Assembly (NCBI GenBank): GCA_027451665.1
Contig: DAIDIW010000001.1
Location: 95,359 to 159,358 of the forward strand
Source: Candidatus Kaiserbacteria bacterium
GTDB taxonomy: Bacteria > Patescibacteriota > Minisyncoccia > Phycocordibacterales > Phycocordibacteraceae
Direction of reading: 5' to 3'
DNA: 64,000 bases
Shown: in pieces, positions 39,678 through 52,507 of the stretch
Layout of the letters: each line of letters begins with the position of its first letter
Position numbering within the stretch: position 1 is the first letter of the stretch
The notes under the pieces: generated by a model
Told to the model about the DNA's origin: nothing
The model's input: the letters and a program-made list of their open reading frames with translations, nothing else
Database searches by the model: none
Position numbers and translations under genes: made by a program

Positions 39678-40264
39678 ACAGCCGCATCCTGCCCATCCTC
39701 GCGCTCTTAATCTCCATAGGCATCTTCTTTGCGTATATAAATCCGACATGGAACGGCTCGATTGCGTCGGCGAAAGCGGCTATCAGCGCTGACAGCCAAG
39801 CGCTTGCTTCCGCGGACACTTTCACGAAAACGGAGAATCAGCTCGCGTCTGAGCAAGCCAGTATGAGTTCGTCAGACTTAAACCAGCTTGCGGCCATGGT
39901 TCCTGATTCGGTGGACAATGTCGGGATCATCCTCGATCTAAACGCGCTGGCTGCGCGGACCGGTCTTTCGCTCTCGAATATCGACATTGCCCAGAATTCG
40001 AACCAATCGAATGGCCAGACTACGACGCAAACGACGTCCGCTACGCCGACCAACGTCACGGGGGGAGCTGCAAGTAGCGAAGGCCCCGTCGGGAACGTTG
40101 ATCTCTCGCTTAGCGCAATCGGTACGTATGCTTCGCTTAAGCAGTTCCTCGTCGGTATCGAGCACAGTCAACGTCTCCTTGATGTGCGCGATCTCTCGAT
40201 CAAGAGTTCGAAGACGGGCGTCTATAACTACCAGATGACCATTCGGCTCTACTGGCTACGCTAA
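39674..40264 (+). CDS. pilO: PilO-like pilus assembly protein
   Basis: N-terminal TM (ILPILALLISIGIFFAY) and a coiled-coil. It is translationally coupled to the previous gene. Confidence 0.45.
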   Translation: MNSRILPILALLISIGIFFAYINPTWNGSIASAKAAISADSQALASADTFTKTENQLASEQASMSSSDLNQLAAMVPDSVDNVGIILDLNALAARTGLSLSNIDIAQNSNQSNGQTTTQTTSATPTNVTGGAASSEGPVGNVDLSLSAIGTYASLKQFLVGIEHSQRLLDVRDLSIKSSKTGVYNYQMTIRLYWLR

Positions 40265-40273
40265 TACCATGTC

Positions 40274-40576
40274 GTGTCTTACCCTATGAAAATGACCTCT
40301 AACACCACGATGCTTATAGTCGCGACGATACTCGTGCTTGCCGGCGGGTACTGGTTCTTTTTCAGCGGAAATAGCGGCAACCAGGTCCCGCTTATGATAA
40401 ACGCGACGCAGAGTGCTGCCGAAACCCGTTTTCAGGCGCTCGTGGGGCAGCTCTCACTGATAACGTTCGATACGAGCATCTTCTCCGATTCGCGTTTCAA
40501 GTCGCTCGTCGATATTTCGACGCCCGTGCAACCGGAATCTCTCGGCCGTCTCGATCCATTCGCGCCGCTCCACTAA
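40274..40576 (+). CDS. Small single-TM protein in the pilus cluster (possible PilP-like)
   Basis: The TM is LIVATILVLAGGYWFFF. Assigned by position only. Confidence 0.35.
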   Translation: MSYPMKMTSNTTMLIVATILVLAGGYWFFFSGNSGNQVPLMINATQSAAETRFQALVGQLSLITFDTSIFSDSRFKSLVDISTPVQPESLGRLDPFAPLH

Positions 40577-40739
40577 CGCGCCGCGCGCTTGTGTACAATG
40601 TGCGTCTTCGCTTATCGCATTCGGGTATACTTTGAATACGAATGGATTCCTTTCGCGCGAGCAGCTACCGTCGAGCGCCTGCAGCCGCAGGAGCTCCGGT
40701 AGGCGCTCGCCTAACTAACGCGGGATCGACCCGCCCCCG

Positions 40740-42566
40740 GTGCGCGCGAACGACATGAACCTGCTTGATCTGCTGCAGGATAAAGGCATGTTGTCGCCTC
40801 AGGATAGGGCGGCGGTCGAATCCGCATTAGCGAAGAAGACGCCGATTGACCAGGCTCTTTCTGAGCACGGGATTTCATACGAGGAAGCGTTAAACGTCGC
40901 CGGCTCAAAATACGGATTGCCGACGCGCCTGCTCGAGGACCCTCCCGCGGAACAAACAGCGCTCTCCTATATCCCGGTCGATTCAGCCAAGCATTACGGG
41001 TTTGTTCCGCTTTCGGTTAAGGACGGAGCGCTCGAAGTCGGCATCGTCGATCCCGACAACATCGAGGCCATGGATGCGCTCTCCTTCATCTCCGGCCGTA
41101 TCGGCATGCCCTATAAGATCTTTCTTATCGGCAAGCCCGATTTCGATCGCGTGCTCGCTTCATACGAGAATCTGACGGGCGAGGTCGGCGAGGCGCTTTC
41201 CGAGATCGATAAGACATCTGCGGCATCGAAACCTCAAGCGGCCCCGCGCAGCAAGAGCGCGGAGGCTCCCGGACCCGCTTCGAACGAGGAGGGGGAAGCG
41301 CTCGATCTTGCCGGCCCTTCCGAGACGTTGCGCGCCGACGCCCCCGTGACGAAGATCGTCTCTATCATTCTGCGGTACGCGATTGAAGGGAAGGCTTCCG
41401 ACGTGCACGTTGAACCGTCGCCGACGAAGACTCGCGTGCGTTTCCGCATGGACGGCGAGCTTCACACCTCGCTCGAACTGCCAAACAAGGTGCACGATGC
41501 GGTCGTCGCGCGCATCAAGATCCTTGCGAAGCTACGGCTCGATGAGAAGCGCAAGCCGCAAGACGGCCGTTTCTCCGCGACCGTTGATAATCGACGCATC
41601 GATTTCCGCGTATCGACCTTTCCGACGGAATACGGCGAGAAGGTGGTGATGCGCATACTCGACCAGTCTGCGGCGACTGCCACGCTCACCTCGATCGGGC
41701 TTGACGAGGAGCAGCTCGCGGCCATCCGCGAGATGATGCAGGCGCCGTACGGGATCATTCTTATCGCCGGTCCCACCGGTTCGGGTAAATCGACGACTCT
41801 CTTCACGATGCTCTCCGAACTCGACCGCGAGACGCAGAACGTCGTTTCGCTCGAAGATCCGATCGAGTATCAGATTCCCGGCGTCGCGCAAAGCCAGGTG
41901 CGACCCGAGATCGGCTATACGTTCGCGAACGGTCTCCGTTCCATCCTGCGTCAGGACCCCGATGTGATCATGGTGGGAGAGATACGCGACAAGGAGACGG
42001 CGGCGCTCGCTATCCAGGCGGCGCTCACCGGCCATCTTGTGTTTTCGACCATCCACACGAATACCGCTGCCGGCGCGATACCGCGTTTGGTCGACATGGG
42101 TGTAGACCCTTTCCTCATCGCACCGACCTTGGTTGCCGTCATTGGCCAGCGTCTCGTGCGCCGGTTATGCGAGGGAGCCGGGGATTCCTTCCCGGTATCC
42201 GATTCCCTGAAACAGTTGCTCGAACGCGAATTCGCGGATCTTCCTGCCGCATATCGCAACAAGCTGCCGCCCTTCAAGCAGTTCTATCACGCGAAGCCAA
42301 CGGCTGAGTGCCCGAACGGTACCCGCGGACGTCTCGGCGTATTCGAGATACTTCGCATGCAGAAATCGCTTGAACAAGTGATCCTCAAGGAGCCGGTCGA
42401 AGAGAAAGTCTATGCTGCGGCGCGCGGAGCGGGAATGCTTACCATGCGCGAAGATGCCATCGTGAAGGCTTTGAAGGGCGAGATCCCCTTTGAAGAGGTA
42501 AATACGCTCGGCGGAGAGCTTTTCTCAGCGTTTGAAAGCGAAGAAAACGAGAGCAGTCAGGCCTAG
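40740..42566 (+). CDS. pilB: Type IV pilus assembly ATPase PilB (GspE family) with N-terminal GSPII domain
   Basis: Walker A ILIAGPTGSGKSTTL. Asp box and His box are present. The 4-Cys zinc motif is replaced (CEGAGD...C). 608 aa. Confidence 0.9.
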   Translation: MRANDMNLLDLLQDKGMLSPQDRAAVESALAKKTPIDQALSEHGISYEEALNVAGSKYGLPTRLLEDPPAEQTALSYIPVDSAKHYGFVPLSVKDGALEVGIVDPDNIEAMDALSFISGRIGMPYKIFLIGKPDFDRVLASYENLTGEVGEALSEIDKTSAASKPQAAPRSKSAEAPGPASNEEGEALDLAGPSETLRADAPVTKIVSIILRYAIEGKASDVHVEPSPTKTRVRFRMDGELHTSLELPNKVHDAVVARIKILAKLRLDEKRKPQDGRFSATVDNRRIDFRVSTFPTEYGEKVVMRILDQSAATATLTSIGLDEEQLAAIREMMQAPYGIILIAGPTGSGKSTTLFTMLSELDRETQNVVSLEDPIEYQIPGVAQSQVRPEIGYTFANGLRSILRQDPDVIMVGEIRDKETAALAIQAALTGHLVFSTIHTNTAAGAIPRLVDMGVDPFLIAPTLVAVIGQRLVRRLCEGAGDSFPVSDSLKQLLEREFADLPAAYRNKLPPFKQFYHAKPTAECPNGTRGRLGVFEILRMQKSLEQVILKEPVEEKVYAAARGAGMLTMREDAIVKALKGEIPFEEVNTLGGELFSAFESEENESSQA

Positions 42567-42639
42567 GGAGCCCTCTTGTCCCCACGGTAGGGGACAAGAG
42601 GGCTCGTGAGAGTCCGGCGTGCGCGGTAGACTGAATCAT

Positions 42640-43059
42640 ATGGCTTACCGCATCTTTCTTACGGATGACGACCGCTTCCTCCTCGACCTGTATGCCGTGA
42701 AATTCAAGAATGCCGGGCATGACGTAAGCACCTACGGCGGCGGCGAAGAGCTCCTTGCGGCGTTGCGCAAAGGCGGACCTTCGCCTGACGCGATCCTCCT
42801 CGATGTCATTATGCCGGGGCAGGACGGGTTCGAGGTGCTCGGCACGATCCGTAAAGAAGGGCTCGCAAAAGACTCGAAGATTATCATCCTCTCCAATCAG
42901 GGGCAGGATGCTGACATTGAGAAGGCGAAGGAGCTGCACGCAGACGGCTACATCATTAAAGCTTCGGCGATACCCTCCGAGGTGCTTGCGGAAACTATCC
43001 GTACCATCGAGTCTGCTACCGCAAATCCGGCCCTCGGCTCGAGCGCTGTCCGCACATGA
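42640..43059 (+). CDS. Stand-alone response-regulator receiver domain (CheY-like)
   Basis: Phospho-acceptor context AILLDVIMPGQDGFEVL and acidic pocket LTDDD. About 140 aa with no output domain. It sits between pilB and pilT. Confidence 0.75.
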   Translation: MAYRIFLTDDDRFLLDLYAVKFKNAGHDVSTYGGGEELLAALRKGGPSPDAILLDVIMPGQDGFEVLGTIRKEGLAKDSKIIILSNQGQDADIEKAKELHADGYIIKASAIPSEVLAETIRTIESATANPALGSSAVRT

Positions 43060-44114
43060 CCGCCGATAAGACGCTTTCCGAACTCCTCGATATCGTTATC
43101 GCGCAAGGCGGGAGCGATCTCCATATCTACGCCGGCGGACCGCCGATGATACGCATCTCCGGTTCTCTCGTGGCGATCGATCGATACAAGGCATTCACCC
43201 CCGAAGAGACCGAGCGCATGCTCGAGTCCGTCGTGCGTACGGAACGGTGGCAGACATTTCTCGATACCCAGACGATCGACGTTGCGTACGCGCACGGAGG
43301 CGTGCGCTTCCGCATAAACGGCTATCGCGTGCAGGGGGCGACCGCGATGGCGCTGCGGCTCATCCCGGACAAGATCCGCACCTTCAATGAATTGAACCTT
43401 CCGTCCACGCTTGAGGTATTCACGCAGCGCGAGCAGGGATTCTTCCTCGTCGTCGGTCCCGTGGGGCAGGGGAAGTCGACGACGCTCGCGGCGATGATCG
43501 ACCGCATCAATGAGAGCCGTGCGGATCACATTCTTACGATCGAAGATCCGGTTGAGTACATTTTTACCGAAAAGAAAGCGCTCATACACCAGCGAGAGGT
43601 TCACATCGATGTACCCGATTTCCACACCGCGCTTCAAAGCGCTTTCCGTGAGGATGTGGACGTCATCATGGTGGGCGAGATGCGCAATTACGAGACGATA
43701 TCCTCGGCGGTAACGGCCGCGGAGACGGGACATCTCGTCTTTTCGACGCTTCATACGAACAATGCCGCCCAGACGATCGACCGCGTGATCGATATGTTCC
43801 CGGCCGAACAGCAAGGCCAGGTGCGCGTGCAGCTCGCCGGTTCTCTGGTAGGCATCTTCTCGCAGCGTCTCATTCCGCGCATATCGGGCGGACTCATCCC
43901 GGCGTACGAACTGCTCATAAACAACAATGCGGTCTCGACGTTGATCCGGGACGGCCGTACGCACGAAATCGGCGCGGTTATACAGACCAGCTCACAGGAA
44001 GGCATGATCGATATGGATCGCGCGCTCGCGGAGCTCGTCCGGCGCGGAGAAGTTACGGTCGAGCATGCCTACCAGCACGCGATAGATCCGAAGACCTTCG
44101 AACGCTACTTATAA
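43056..44114 (+). CDS. pilT: Twitching-motility ATPase PilT
   Basis: ASDLHITAG-like GGSDLHIYAGGPPMIRISG, Walker A GPVGQGKSTTLAAMI and ILTIEDPVEY. 352 aa. Confidence 0.9.
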   Translation: MTADKTLSELLDIVIAQGGSDLHIYAGGPPMIRISGSLVAIDRYKAFTPEETERMLESVVRTERWQTFLDTQTIDVAYAHGGVRFRINGYRVQGATAMALRLIPDKIRTFNELNLPSTLEVFTQREQGFFLVVGPVGQGKSTTLAAMIDRINESRADHILTIEDPVEYIFTEKKALIHQREVHIDVPDFHTALQSAFREDVDVIMVGEMRNYETISSAVTAAETGHLVFSTLHTNNAAQTIDRVIDMFPAEQQGQVRVQLAGSLVGIFSQRLIPRISGGLIPAYELLINNNAVSTLIRDGRTHEIGAVIQTSSQEGMIDMDRALAELVRRGEVTVEHAYQHAIDPKTFERYL

Positions 44115-44153
44115 TGATGAGCTATCCTGCGCGCATCGCACCCGACCATTCGT

Positions 44154-45359
44154 ATGTTGTTTAAGTACCACGCGATAGATCAGGACTCCCATGAGAGAGA
44201 AGGGACCATAGAGGCGCCCTCTCAGGAAGTGGCGATCGCGGCGCTGCAGCGTCGGAATCTCATCATTTCTTCTATCCAATCGAACGAAGAGAAAGGGCTA
44301 CTCGAGATGGAGATACCGCTCTTCAATCGCGTCTCAAATAAGGAGATCGTCATTCTTTCAAGACAGATCGCGACTCTGTTCGAGGCGCAGGTGTCCGCGC
44401 TCCGTATCTTCCGCCTGTTGGCCGCAGAGGTTGATAATAAGCGTCTCGCGCAAGTGCTCTCCACGGTCGCCGACGATTTGCAGGGCGGTTCGCCCATATC
44501 GAAAGCGCTGAGCCGGCATCCGAAGGTCTTCTCGAATTTCTACGTGAATATGGTTCGGGCGGGTGAAGAATCTGGAAAGCTCTCGGAGACTTTCGGCTAT
44601 CTCGCGGACTACCTGGATCGCAGCTACGACGTGGTGTCTAAGGCAGAGAATGCGCTCATTTACCCGATCTTCGTTATCGCTGTGTTCTTCGGCGTCATGG
44701 CGCTCATGCTCACGCTCGTCATTCCGAAGATAAGTGCCGTGCTCCTCGACTCGGGCGCAAAGGTGCCGGTCTACACGCGCATCGTCATCGGGTTCTCTAA
44801 CTTCCTCGTGAACTACGGCATTTTCATTCTGATCGCACTCATCGCGGGCGGCATCTATCTCTGGCAGCTCCGCAAGACCGAAGCGGGGAAACTCGTACTC
44901 GACGGGCTCAAACTCTCCGTCCCCTACGTAGGAGACCTTTACTCAAAGCTCTACCTTTCGCGCATCGCGGACAACTTCTCGACCATGCTCCTCTCGGGCG
45001 TCTCGGTCGTCGAGGCGCTCGATATTACCGCATCGGTCGTCGAGAACGCCGCCTACGAGCAGGTGCTCCATGAGGTCGGTGCTGACGTGAAGGGGGGCTC
45101 CTCCATTTCCGACGCCATGGCAAAGCACCCGCAGATACCTGGGATCATGGTGGCGATGGTGAAAGTCGGCGAGGAGACAGGCGAACTCGGTAAAATCCTC
45201 ACGACGCTTGCGAGATTCTACAATCGTGAAGTCACGAATGCGGTCGACACGCTGGTCGGGCTCATTGAGCCGATAATGATTGTGCTCCTTGGTCTCGGCG
45301 TAGGCACGCTGCTCGCTGCCGTGCTTCTGCCTATCTACAATCTTGCGGGCGCGATATGA
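44154..45359 (+). CDS. pilC: Type IV pilus platform protein PilC (GspF family)
   Basis: 401 aa. Two repeated GspF domains, each with three TM segments. Confidence 0.85.
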   Translation: MLFKYHAIDQDSHEREGTIEAPSQEVAIAALQRRNLIISSIQSNEEKGLLEMEIPLFNRVSNKEIVILSRQIATLFEAQVSALRIFRLLAAEVDNKRLAQVLSTVADDLQGGSPISKALSRHPKVFSNFYVNMVRAGEESGKLSETFGYLADYLDRSYDVVSKAENALIYPIFVIAVFFGVMALMLTLVIPKISAVLLDSGAKVPVYTRIVIGFSNFLVNYGIFILIALIAGGIYLWQLRKTEAGKLVLDGLKLSVPYVGDLYSKLYLSRIADNFSTMLLSGVSVVEALDITASVVENAAYEQVLHEVGADVKGGSSISDAMAKHPQIPGIMVAMVKVGEETGELGKILTTLARFYNREVTNAVDTLVGLIEPIMIVLLGLGVGTLLAAVLLPIYNLAGAI

Positions 45360-45470
45360 GTGGCACCGTATCTCGCAAAGAGGTTGCGTGTGGACTTATC
45401 CACACGCAACGATATTCATTCAACCTGCGCTGGGCGTTTAGACGTACAATTTAAGCATTAGCCGCAAATA

Positions 45471-45926
45471 TTGATTATGAAAAATGTCCGTTCAAGAGGC
45501 TTCACCCTCATCGAGCTCCTCGTCGTGATCGCCATCATCGGCATCCTCTCGGCAGTCGTGCTCGCGTCCCTGAATACGGCGCGCAGCAAGGGAAATGACG
45601 CTGCGATCCAATCGGACCTTGCGACGGTCCAAACACAGATGGAGATTTACTACGGTGACAATTCAAACAGCTACGGCACGTTAACCTGGGCAACCGGTGC
45701 CGGCTGCACGGCCGCACTCGGCGACACAACGGTACAGAGCGCACTTGCGGGTGCGGATAGCGCCAACGGGAGCGGCTCCGTTGGCTGCGCAGCTGCGGGG
45801 CAATCCTATGTCGTGGCGGCGCAGCTTGTCGCAAATCCGAGTTCTTACTGGTGCGTAGATTCGACCGGAAAGGCGGAGTCTGTAGCCGCCGCTTTCCCGG
45901 CGAGTGCCATCAGCGCGTGCCCGTAA
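45471..45926 (+). CDS. Type IV pilin (prepilin with class III signal peptide)
   Basis: MIMKNVRSRG|FTLIELLVVIAIIGILSAVVLASL gives the G-1, F+1, E+5 pattern. C-terminal Cys pair C..C. Confidence 0.8.
   Translation: MIMKNVRSRGFTLIELLVVIAIIGILSAVVLASLNTARSKGNDAAIQSDLATVQTQMEIYYGDNSNSYGTLTWATGAGCTAALGDTTVQSALAGADSANGSGSVGCAAAGQSYVVAAQLVANPSSYWCVDSTGKAESVAAAFPASAISACP
45498..45592 (+). repeat. Copy 1 of a 95-bp perfect direct repeat (pilin N-terminal helix coding segment)
   Basis: GGCTTCACCCTCATCGAG...CGCAGCAAGGG is identical to 45985-46079. Confidence 0.85.
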
Positions 45927-45960
45927 CACTTATTGGTTAAACCTTAACTTGCATTACCCT

Positions 45961-46428
45961 ATGATTACCCGTACTCGCCATAAAGGCTTCACCCTCATCG
46001 AGCTCCTCGTCGTGATCGCCATCATCGGCATCCTCTCGGCAGTCGTGCTCGCGTCCCTGAATACGGCGCGCAGCAAGGGCTCGGATGCGGCCGTACAGTC
46101 TGACCTTAAGACGGTGCAGACGCAGGCAGCAATTTATCAAAATACGAACAATAGCTACAACACGACGGGCACTGCGATCGCGGGAAATACGCTCGCTGGA
46201 TGCACCGCCTCGGGCCTGTTCTCAGACCCGACGGTCGTGAATGCGCTCACCGGAGCCAATTCGGATAACAATTCTGGCGGGATTGTGTGTAATGCGGCCT
46301 CAAACGGAAGCACCTACATGGCGGCGGCGAAGCTCGTATCGACGAGCGACTGGTTCTGTGTAGATTCGACGGGAGTGGCAACGACGACGGCTACCGCGAT
46401 GGCGGATACGGCGACGGCCTGCCCGTAA
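45961..46428 (+). CDS. Type IV pilin, second paralog
   Basis: MITRTRHKG|FTLIELLVVIAIIGILSAVVLASL. The N-terminal 32 codons are nucleotide-identical to the upstream pilin. Confidence 0.8.
   Translation: MITRTRHKGFTLIELLVVIAIIGILSAVVLASLNTARSKGSDAAVQSDLKTVQTQAAIYQNTNNSYNTTGTAIAGNTLAGCTASGLFSDPTVVNALTGANSDNNSGGIVCNAASNGSTYMAAAKLVSTSDWFCVDSTGVATTTATAMADTATACP
45985..46079 (+). repeat. Copy 2 of the 95-bp perfect direct repeat
   Basis: Identical to 45498-45592. The sequences diverge immediately downstream. Confidence 0.85.
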
Positions 46429-46446
46429 TCACTCGTAACTGTGTGA

Positions 46447-46481
46447 GCAAGGAACGCGCGCCTCGAGCGCGCGTTCCTTGC
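46447..46481. terminator. Perfect hairpin GCAAGGAACGCGCGC-CTCGA-GCGCGCGTTCCTTGC after the pilin genes
   Basis: 15-bp perfect inverted repeat with a 5-nt loop, between the pilin 2 stop and the pilD start. Confidence 0.5.
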
Positions 46482-46493
46482 TATCATGCGTCT

Positions 46494-47264
46494 ATGCCTA
46501 TCCTCGCGAGCGTCCTTCTTTTCTTTCTCGGTACGATCATCGCAAGTTTTGTGGGTGTCGTCGTCGTACGCTACGGGACGGGGCAGCCCATACTCTTCGG
46601 CCGGTCCCGCTGTGACGCGTGCGGTCGGACGCTTCCACCGCTCGCGCTCGTCCCGCTTTTCTCATATGCCTTCCGACGGGGGAGGGCAGCATGCTGCGGA
46701 GCGCATATCTCGCCATTCTCGACGTATGCGGAGCTCACGCTCGGGGCTCTCTTCGTGCTCGCAGGCGGGATGCTCGGTCCAACGATAGTCCTGGTCTGTA
46801 TGCTCGTAGCGCTCGCGGCGCTCCTCGCGATCGTCGAGTATGACCTCATGCATCAGATCATTCCGCCGCCGTTTCTCGCCATTCTTCTGCCCGCTTCCTT
46901 TGCCGTCGGGGCTCTTCGCGCGTCCTCGCTTTCATCCTTTGGCATTTCGGTAGCGGTCGCCATCGCCTTCGCGCTTTTCTTCGCGCTCCTTCATTTTTTC
47001 TCCGCCGGCAGGCTTATGGGACTCGCGGACATTCCTCTCGTGTTTAGTTTGTCGCTTCTTGCGGGTCCCGCCGCCATTCCCGGATTCGTATTCTCGTTTT
47101 GGATAGGGGCGGTTATCGGCATATTCATATTGCTGCGCAGGCCGGCCGGCTCTAGAATGGGTACAGAGGTCCCGCTGGCACCCTTCCTGGCGGCAGGCTT
47201 CCTCCTCGCTTACTTCACCGCATGGAATCCCTTCGCGCTTACGCTGCTCATTCCCTACGCGTAA
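46494..47264 (+). CDS. pilD: Prepilin peptidase PilD (A24 family)
   Basis: N-terminal Zn-finger-like CDACGRTLPPLALVPLFSYAFRRGRAACCGA followed by polytopic TM segments with catalytic Asp. Confidence 0.85.
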   Translation: MPILASVLLFFLGTIIASFVGVVVVRYGTGQPILFGRSRCDACGRTLPPLALVPLFSYAFRRGRAACCGAHISPFSTYAELTLGALFVLAGGMLGPTIVLVCMLVALAALLAIVEYDLMHQIIPPPFLAILLPASFAVGALRASSLSSFGISVAVAIAFALFFALLHFFSAGRLMGLADIPLVFSLSLLAGPAAIPGFVFSFWIGAVIGIFILLRRPAGSRMGTEVPLAPFLAAGFLLAYFTAWNPFALTLLIPYA

Positions 47265-47956
47265 CGGCGCGCCTGTTCGCGTCGAAGCGGCGCAGGAACA
47301 CGGCGGGGTTTACCCTCATTGAGCTTCTGGTCGTGCTCGCGATCATCGCGATCATTCTCGGCATCGCTTTTACGAGTCAAAGTAGTTTCAATAACACGCT
47401 CATTCTCGCAAATACCGCGTACGACGTAGGGCTTACCTTTAAGAGCGCCGAGACATACGGCATCTCGAGCCGTGGCGCAGGCGCTGATGCCTCTACCGGC
47501 TACGGCCTCCATTTCTCGGCCGGCACGACCGGCTCCTTCATCTTCTTCGCCGATTCGTACCCGCCAATCGGTTCTTCAGGGCTCTGCCATCCGCCCCCGT
47601 CAGGAGACGCGTATGCGCCGGACGCGAAGCCGGGGAACTGCACGTATGATCCTTCGAATGACGTGACCGTGAACACGTTCAATTTGAATAATGGTGTCAC
47701 GATTTCGAACTTCTGCGTGCATGACAGCACTACCGCGAGCTGGTCTTGCGCCGCCTCGAACGGTTCGACGCTCTCAAGCGCGGACGTCGTCTTTTCGAGA
47801 CCGAATCCGGATCCATTCATAAGCGCAAACGGCGGATACTCGGCGTCGTATGATGAAATGTGTCTTGCGCTCGCCTCGCCTTCAGGCGGTGCTGAACGCT
47901 TCGTCTCGATCTATCCTTCAGGCGAGATTGATCCTAATGCGACCTCCTGCCCATGA
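47222..47956 (+). CDS. Minor pilin/pseudopilin
   Basis: NTAG|FTLIELLVVLAIIAIILGIAF. The first ATG gives a 29-aa leader. Confidence 0.6.
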   Translation: MESLRAYAAHSLRVTARLFASKRRRNTAGFTLIELLVVLAIIAIILGIAFTSQSSFNNTLILANTAYDVGLTFKSAETYGISSRGAGADASTGYGLHFSAGTTGSFIFFADSYPPIGSSGLCHPPPSGDAYAPDAKPGNCTYDPSNDVTVNTFNLNNGVTISNFCVHDSTTASWSCAASNGSTLSSADVVFSRPNPDPFISANGGYSASYDEMCLALASPSGGAERFVSIYPSGEIDPNATSCP

Positions 47957-48564
47957 CCGCTATGCATGCTTCTATCAGAAGACGATCGAACTGGTCCGAT
48001 AGGATGTCCGGGATGCGTCGCGCGACGCAGCCGCGCGGCTTCACGCTCATTGAGCTCATGGTCGCTGTCGGGCTTTTCGCACTCGTGATGACCCTGGCCG
48101 CTGGCGCGTACCTCATGATGATTAATGCGAATCGGCAGGCGCAGGCGCTTGCGACCGGGATCAACAATCTCTCATTTGGGCTCGAGACCATGACGCGGGA
48201 CATACGCACGGGTACCGATTACTGCGGCGGTTCAAGCTGCCCGCCCGGGACCTTCACCTTCACGAACGTGAATGGACAGACCGTTACCTATGAGCTCGTC
48301 GAGAATGGAACCACCTGCAACGGGGCGCCGGCGGGCTATCTCGCCCGCGTGACGAGCGGCGTAACCACGCCGCTCACCGATCCTTCGGTCATGATCTCCT
48401 CACTTACTTTCACTACGTTCGGGACGGCCCCGTATTCTGTCGGGAATGACACCACGCAGGCGCGGGTTACGATGGTAGTGAACGGCTGCGTGAATGCGGG
48501 ACCCGGGAAGACCCAGAATTTCACCATCGAGACGGGGGCAACCATGCGCGGCACTGACCTATGA
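47953..48564 (+). CDS. Minor pilin/pseudopilin
   Basis: QPRG|FTLIELMVAVGLFALVMTLAAG. The ATGA overlap with the upstream stop suggests coupling. Alternative internal starts lie at 48004 and 48013. Confidence 0.6.
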   Translation: MTAMHASIRRRSNWSDRMSGMRRATQPRGFTLIELMVAVGLFALVMTLAAGAYLMMINANRQAQALATGINNLSFGLETMTRDIRTGTDYCGGSSCPPGTFTFTNVNGQTVTYELVENGTTCNGAPAGYLARVTSGVTTPLTDPSVMISSLTFTTFGTAPYSVGNDTTQARVTMVVNGCVNAGPGKTQNFTIETGATMRGTDL

Positions 48565-49198
48565 TCCCTATCACTCACAAGCGTATCTCGTACGAATCGG
48601 AGCTGCCTCGCGCTTCGCTTGAATCGCGCCGCTTGGGCCGGGGGTTCACGCTCATCGAAACACTCGTCGCGATCGCCATCGTTGCGCTTGCGGTCGTCGG
48701 ACCGCTCTACACCGCAGATCGCGCAGCGGTAGCGGCGCAGCTTTCCAATGAAGAGCTCACCGCTTCCTATCTCGCGCAAGAAGGCATTGAGTACGTCCGC
48801 GCGCTGCGCGACAACGCGTATCTGTCGACCTACAATGCCTACCGGAATACTCCGGGAGCCAATATCCCCGCGATTGCCTGGAACGCCTTCCTGAATACGA
48901 ACCCTGTTTCTTCGTGCCGTACGGGCACGTGTAGTTACGATCCAATCGCAGGGCAGCTCTCCGTGTGCACGGGTTCCTGTCAGGAGCTCTATCTTGCGGA
49001 TGGCTATTACACGACCGAGAGCGGGCTTGCGAACGCTGCTTGGACGCCGTACACCCGGTCCATTCAGGTACAGAACATCACGCCCGCACCTCCTACCGAC
49101 GCACAGGGGAACCCGGTCGATGTGCAGGCGGTGTCCACCGTAACGTGGGATTTCCACGGCACGCCGCATACCGTGAGCATCGCGGAAGATCTTACGCC

Positions 49199-49208
<10 letters not shown>
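48561..49208 (+). CDS. Minor pilin/pseudopilin
   Basis: LGRG|FTLIETLVAIAIVALAVVGPLY. ATGA overlap with the upstream stop. 28-aa leader. Confidence 0.6.
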
Positions 49209-51819
<2,611 letters not shown>

Positions 51820-51889
51820 TGTTTGACATTCGAATCTTGCGCGGGTACTGTCCATCCGGAGAAACCGTGTGTTCGTGAGGAGGACAATC

Positions 51890-52159
51890 ATGGCCGAAGA
51901 CAGGCATCCGCTCGAGATTCCCGGATACGGAGGCGCGCTGCCGCAACTCGTCCAGCTCATATTCGGGATGCGATATGACCGCGTCGCTGACTTTTTCGAA
52001 CTCGCCCGTATAGAGCTGCTCCGACAGGAAGCAGGAGACTTGGAGCGTTCTCGCGTGCAGCTCGCAGCGCTCCTGGAGGATGCGGCACGGAGATGCGCCG
52101 AGGAACGTGATACCTTCGAACGCATCTGGAATCTGTGCCGGCCGCATATGCAAGGATAA
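51890..52159 (+). CDS. Hypothetical small protein (89 aa)
   Basis: AGGAGG lies 7 nt upstream of the ATG at 51890. An upstream TTGACA -35-like hexamer sits at 51823. No motif. Confidence 0.35.
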   Translation: MAEDRHPLEIPGYGGALPQLVQLIFGMRYDRVADFFELARIELLRQEAGDLERSRVQLAALLEDAARRCAEERDTFERIWNLCRPHMQG

Positions 52160-52216
52160 GAAGACGAGGGGCGCGCGCCACGTGGCGCGCGCCGTTTCCT
52201 TTGCTATAGTGGCGCC

Positions 52217-52507
52217 ATGGCTACGAAAGAAGATGTTCGGAAGCTCGCCGCGCTCGCCCGTATCGCGATCGCCGATGCGGAGCTCGATGCCTTCACGAAG
52301 GATTTCGACTCTATACTCACCTATGTAGGGCAGCTTGACGCGCTCGAACTTCCCCATGCCGGGGCAACACGGCCCGCAGTGCGGAACGTCATGCGCGAAG
52401 ATGGTACGCCGCACGAGACCGGGAAGTATACGGAGCGGCTCGTCGCGCAATTCCCTCAGAAGGACGGTGACTATCTCGAGGTGAAGCAGATTATTGCGCA
52501 TGACTAA
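52217..52507 (+). CDS. gatC: Glu/Asp-tRNA amidotransferase subunit C
   Basis: DVRKLAALARIAIADAELDAFTKDFDSILTYVGQLDAL is the GatC pattern. Confidence 0.85.
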   Translation: MATKEDVRKLAALARIAIADAELDAFTKDFDSILTYVGQLDALELPHAGATRPAVRNVMREDGTPHETGKYTERLVAQFPQKDGDYLEVKQIIAHD

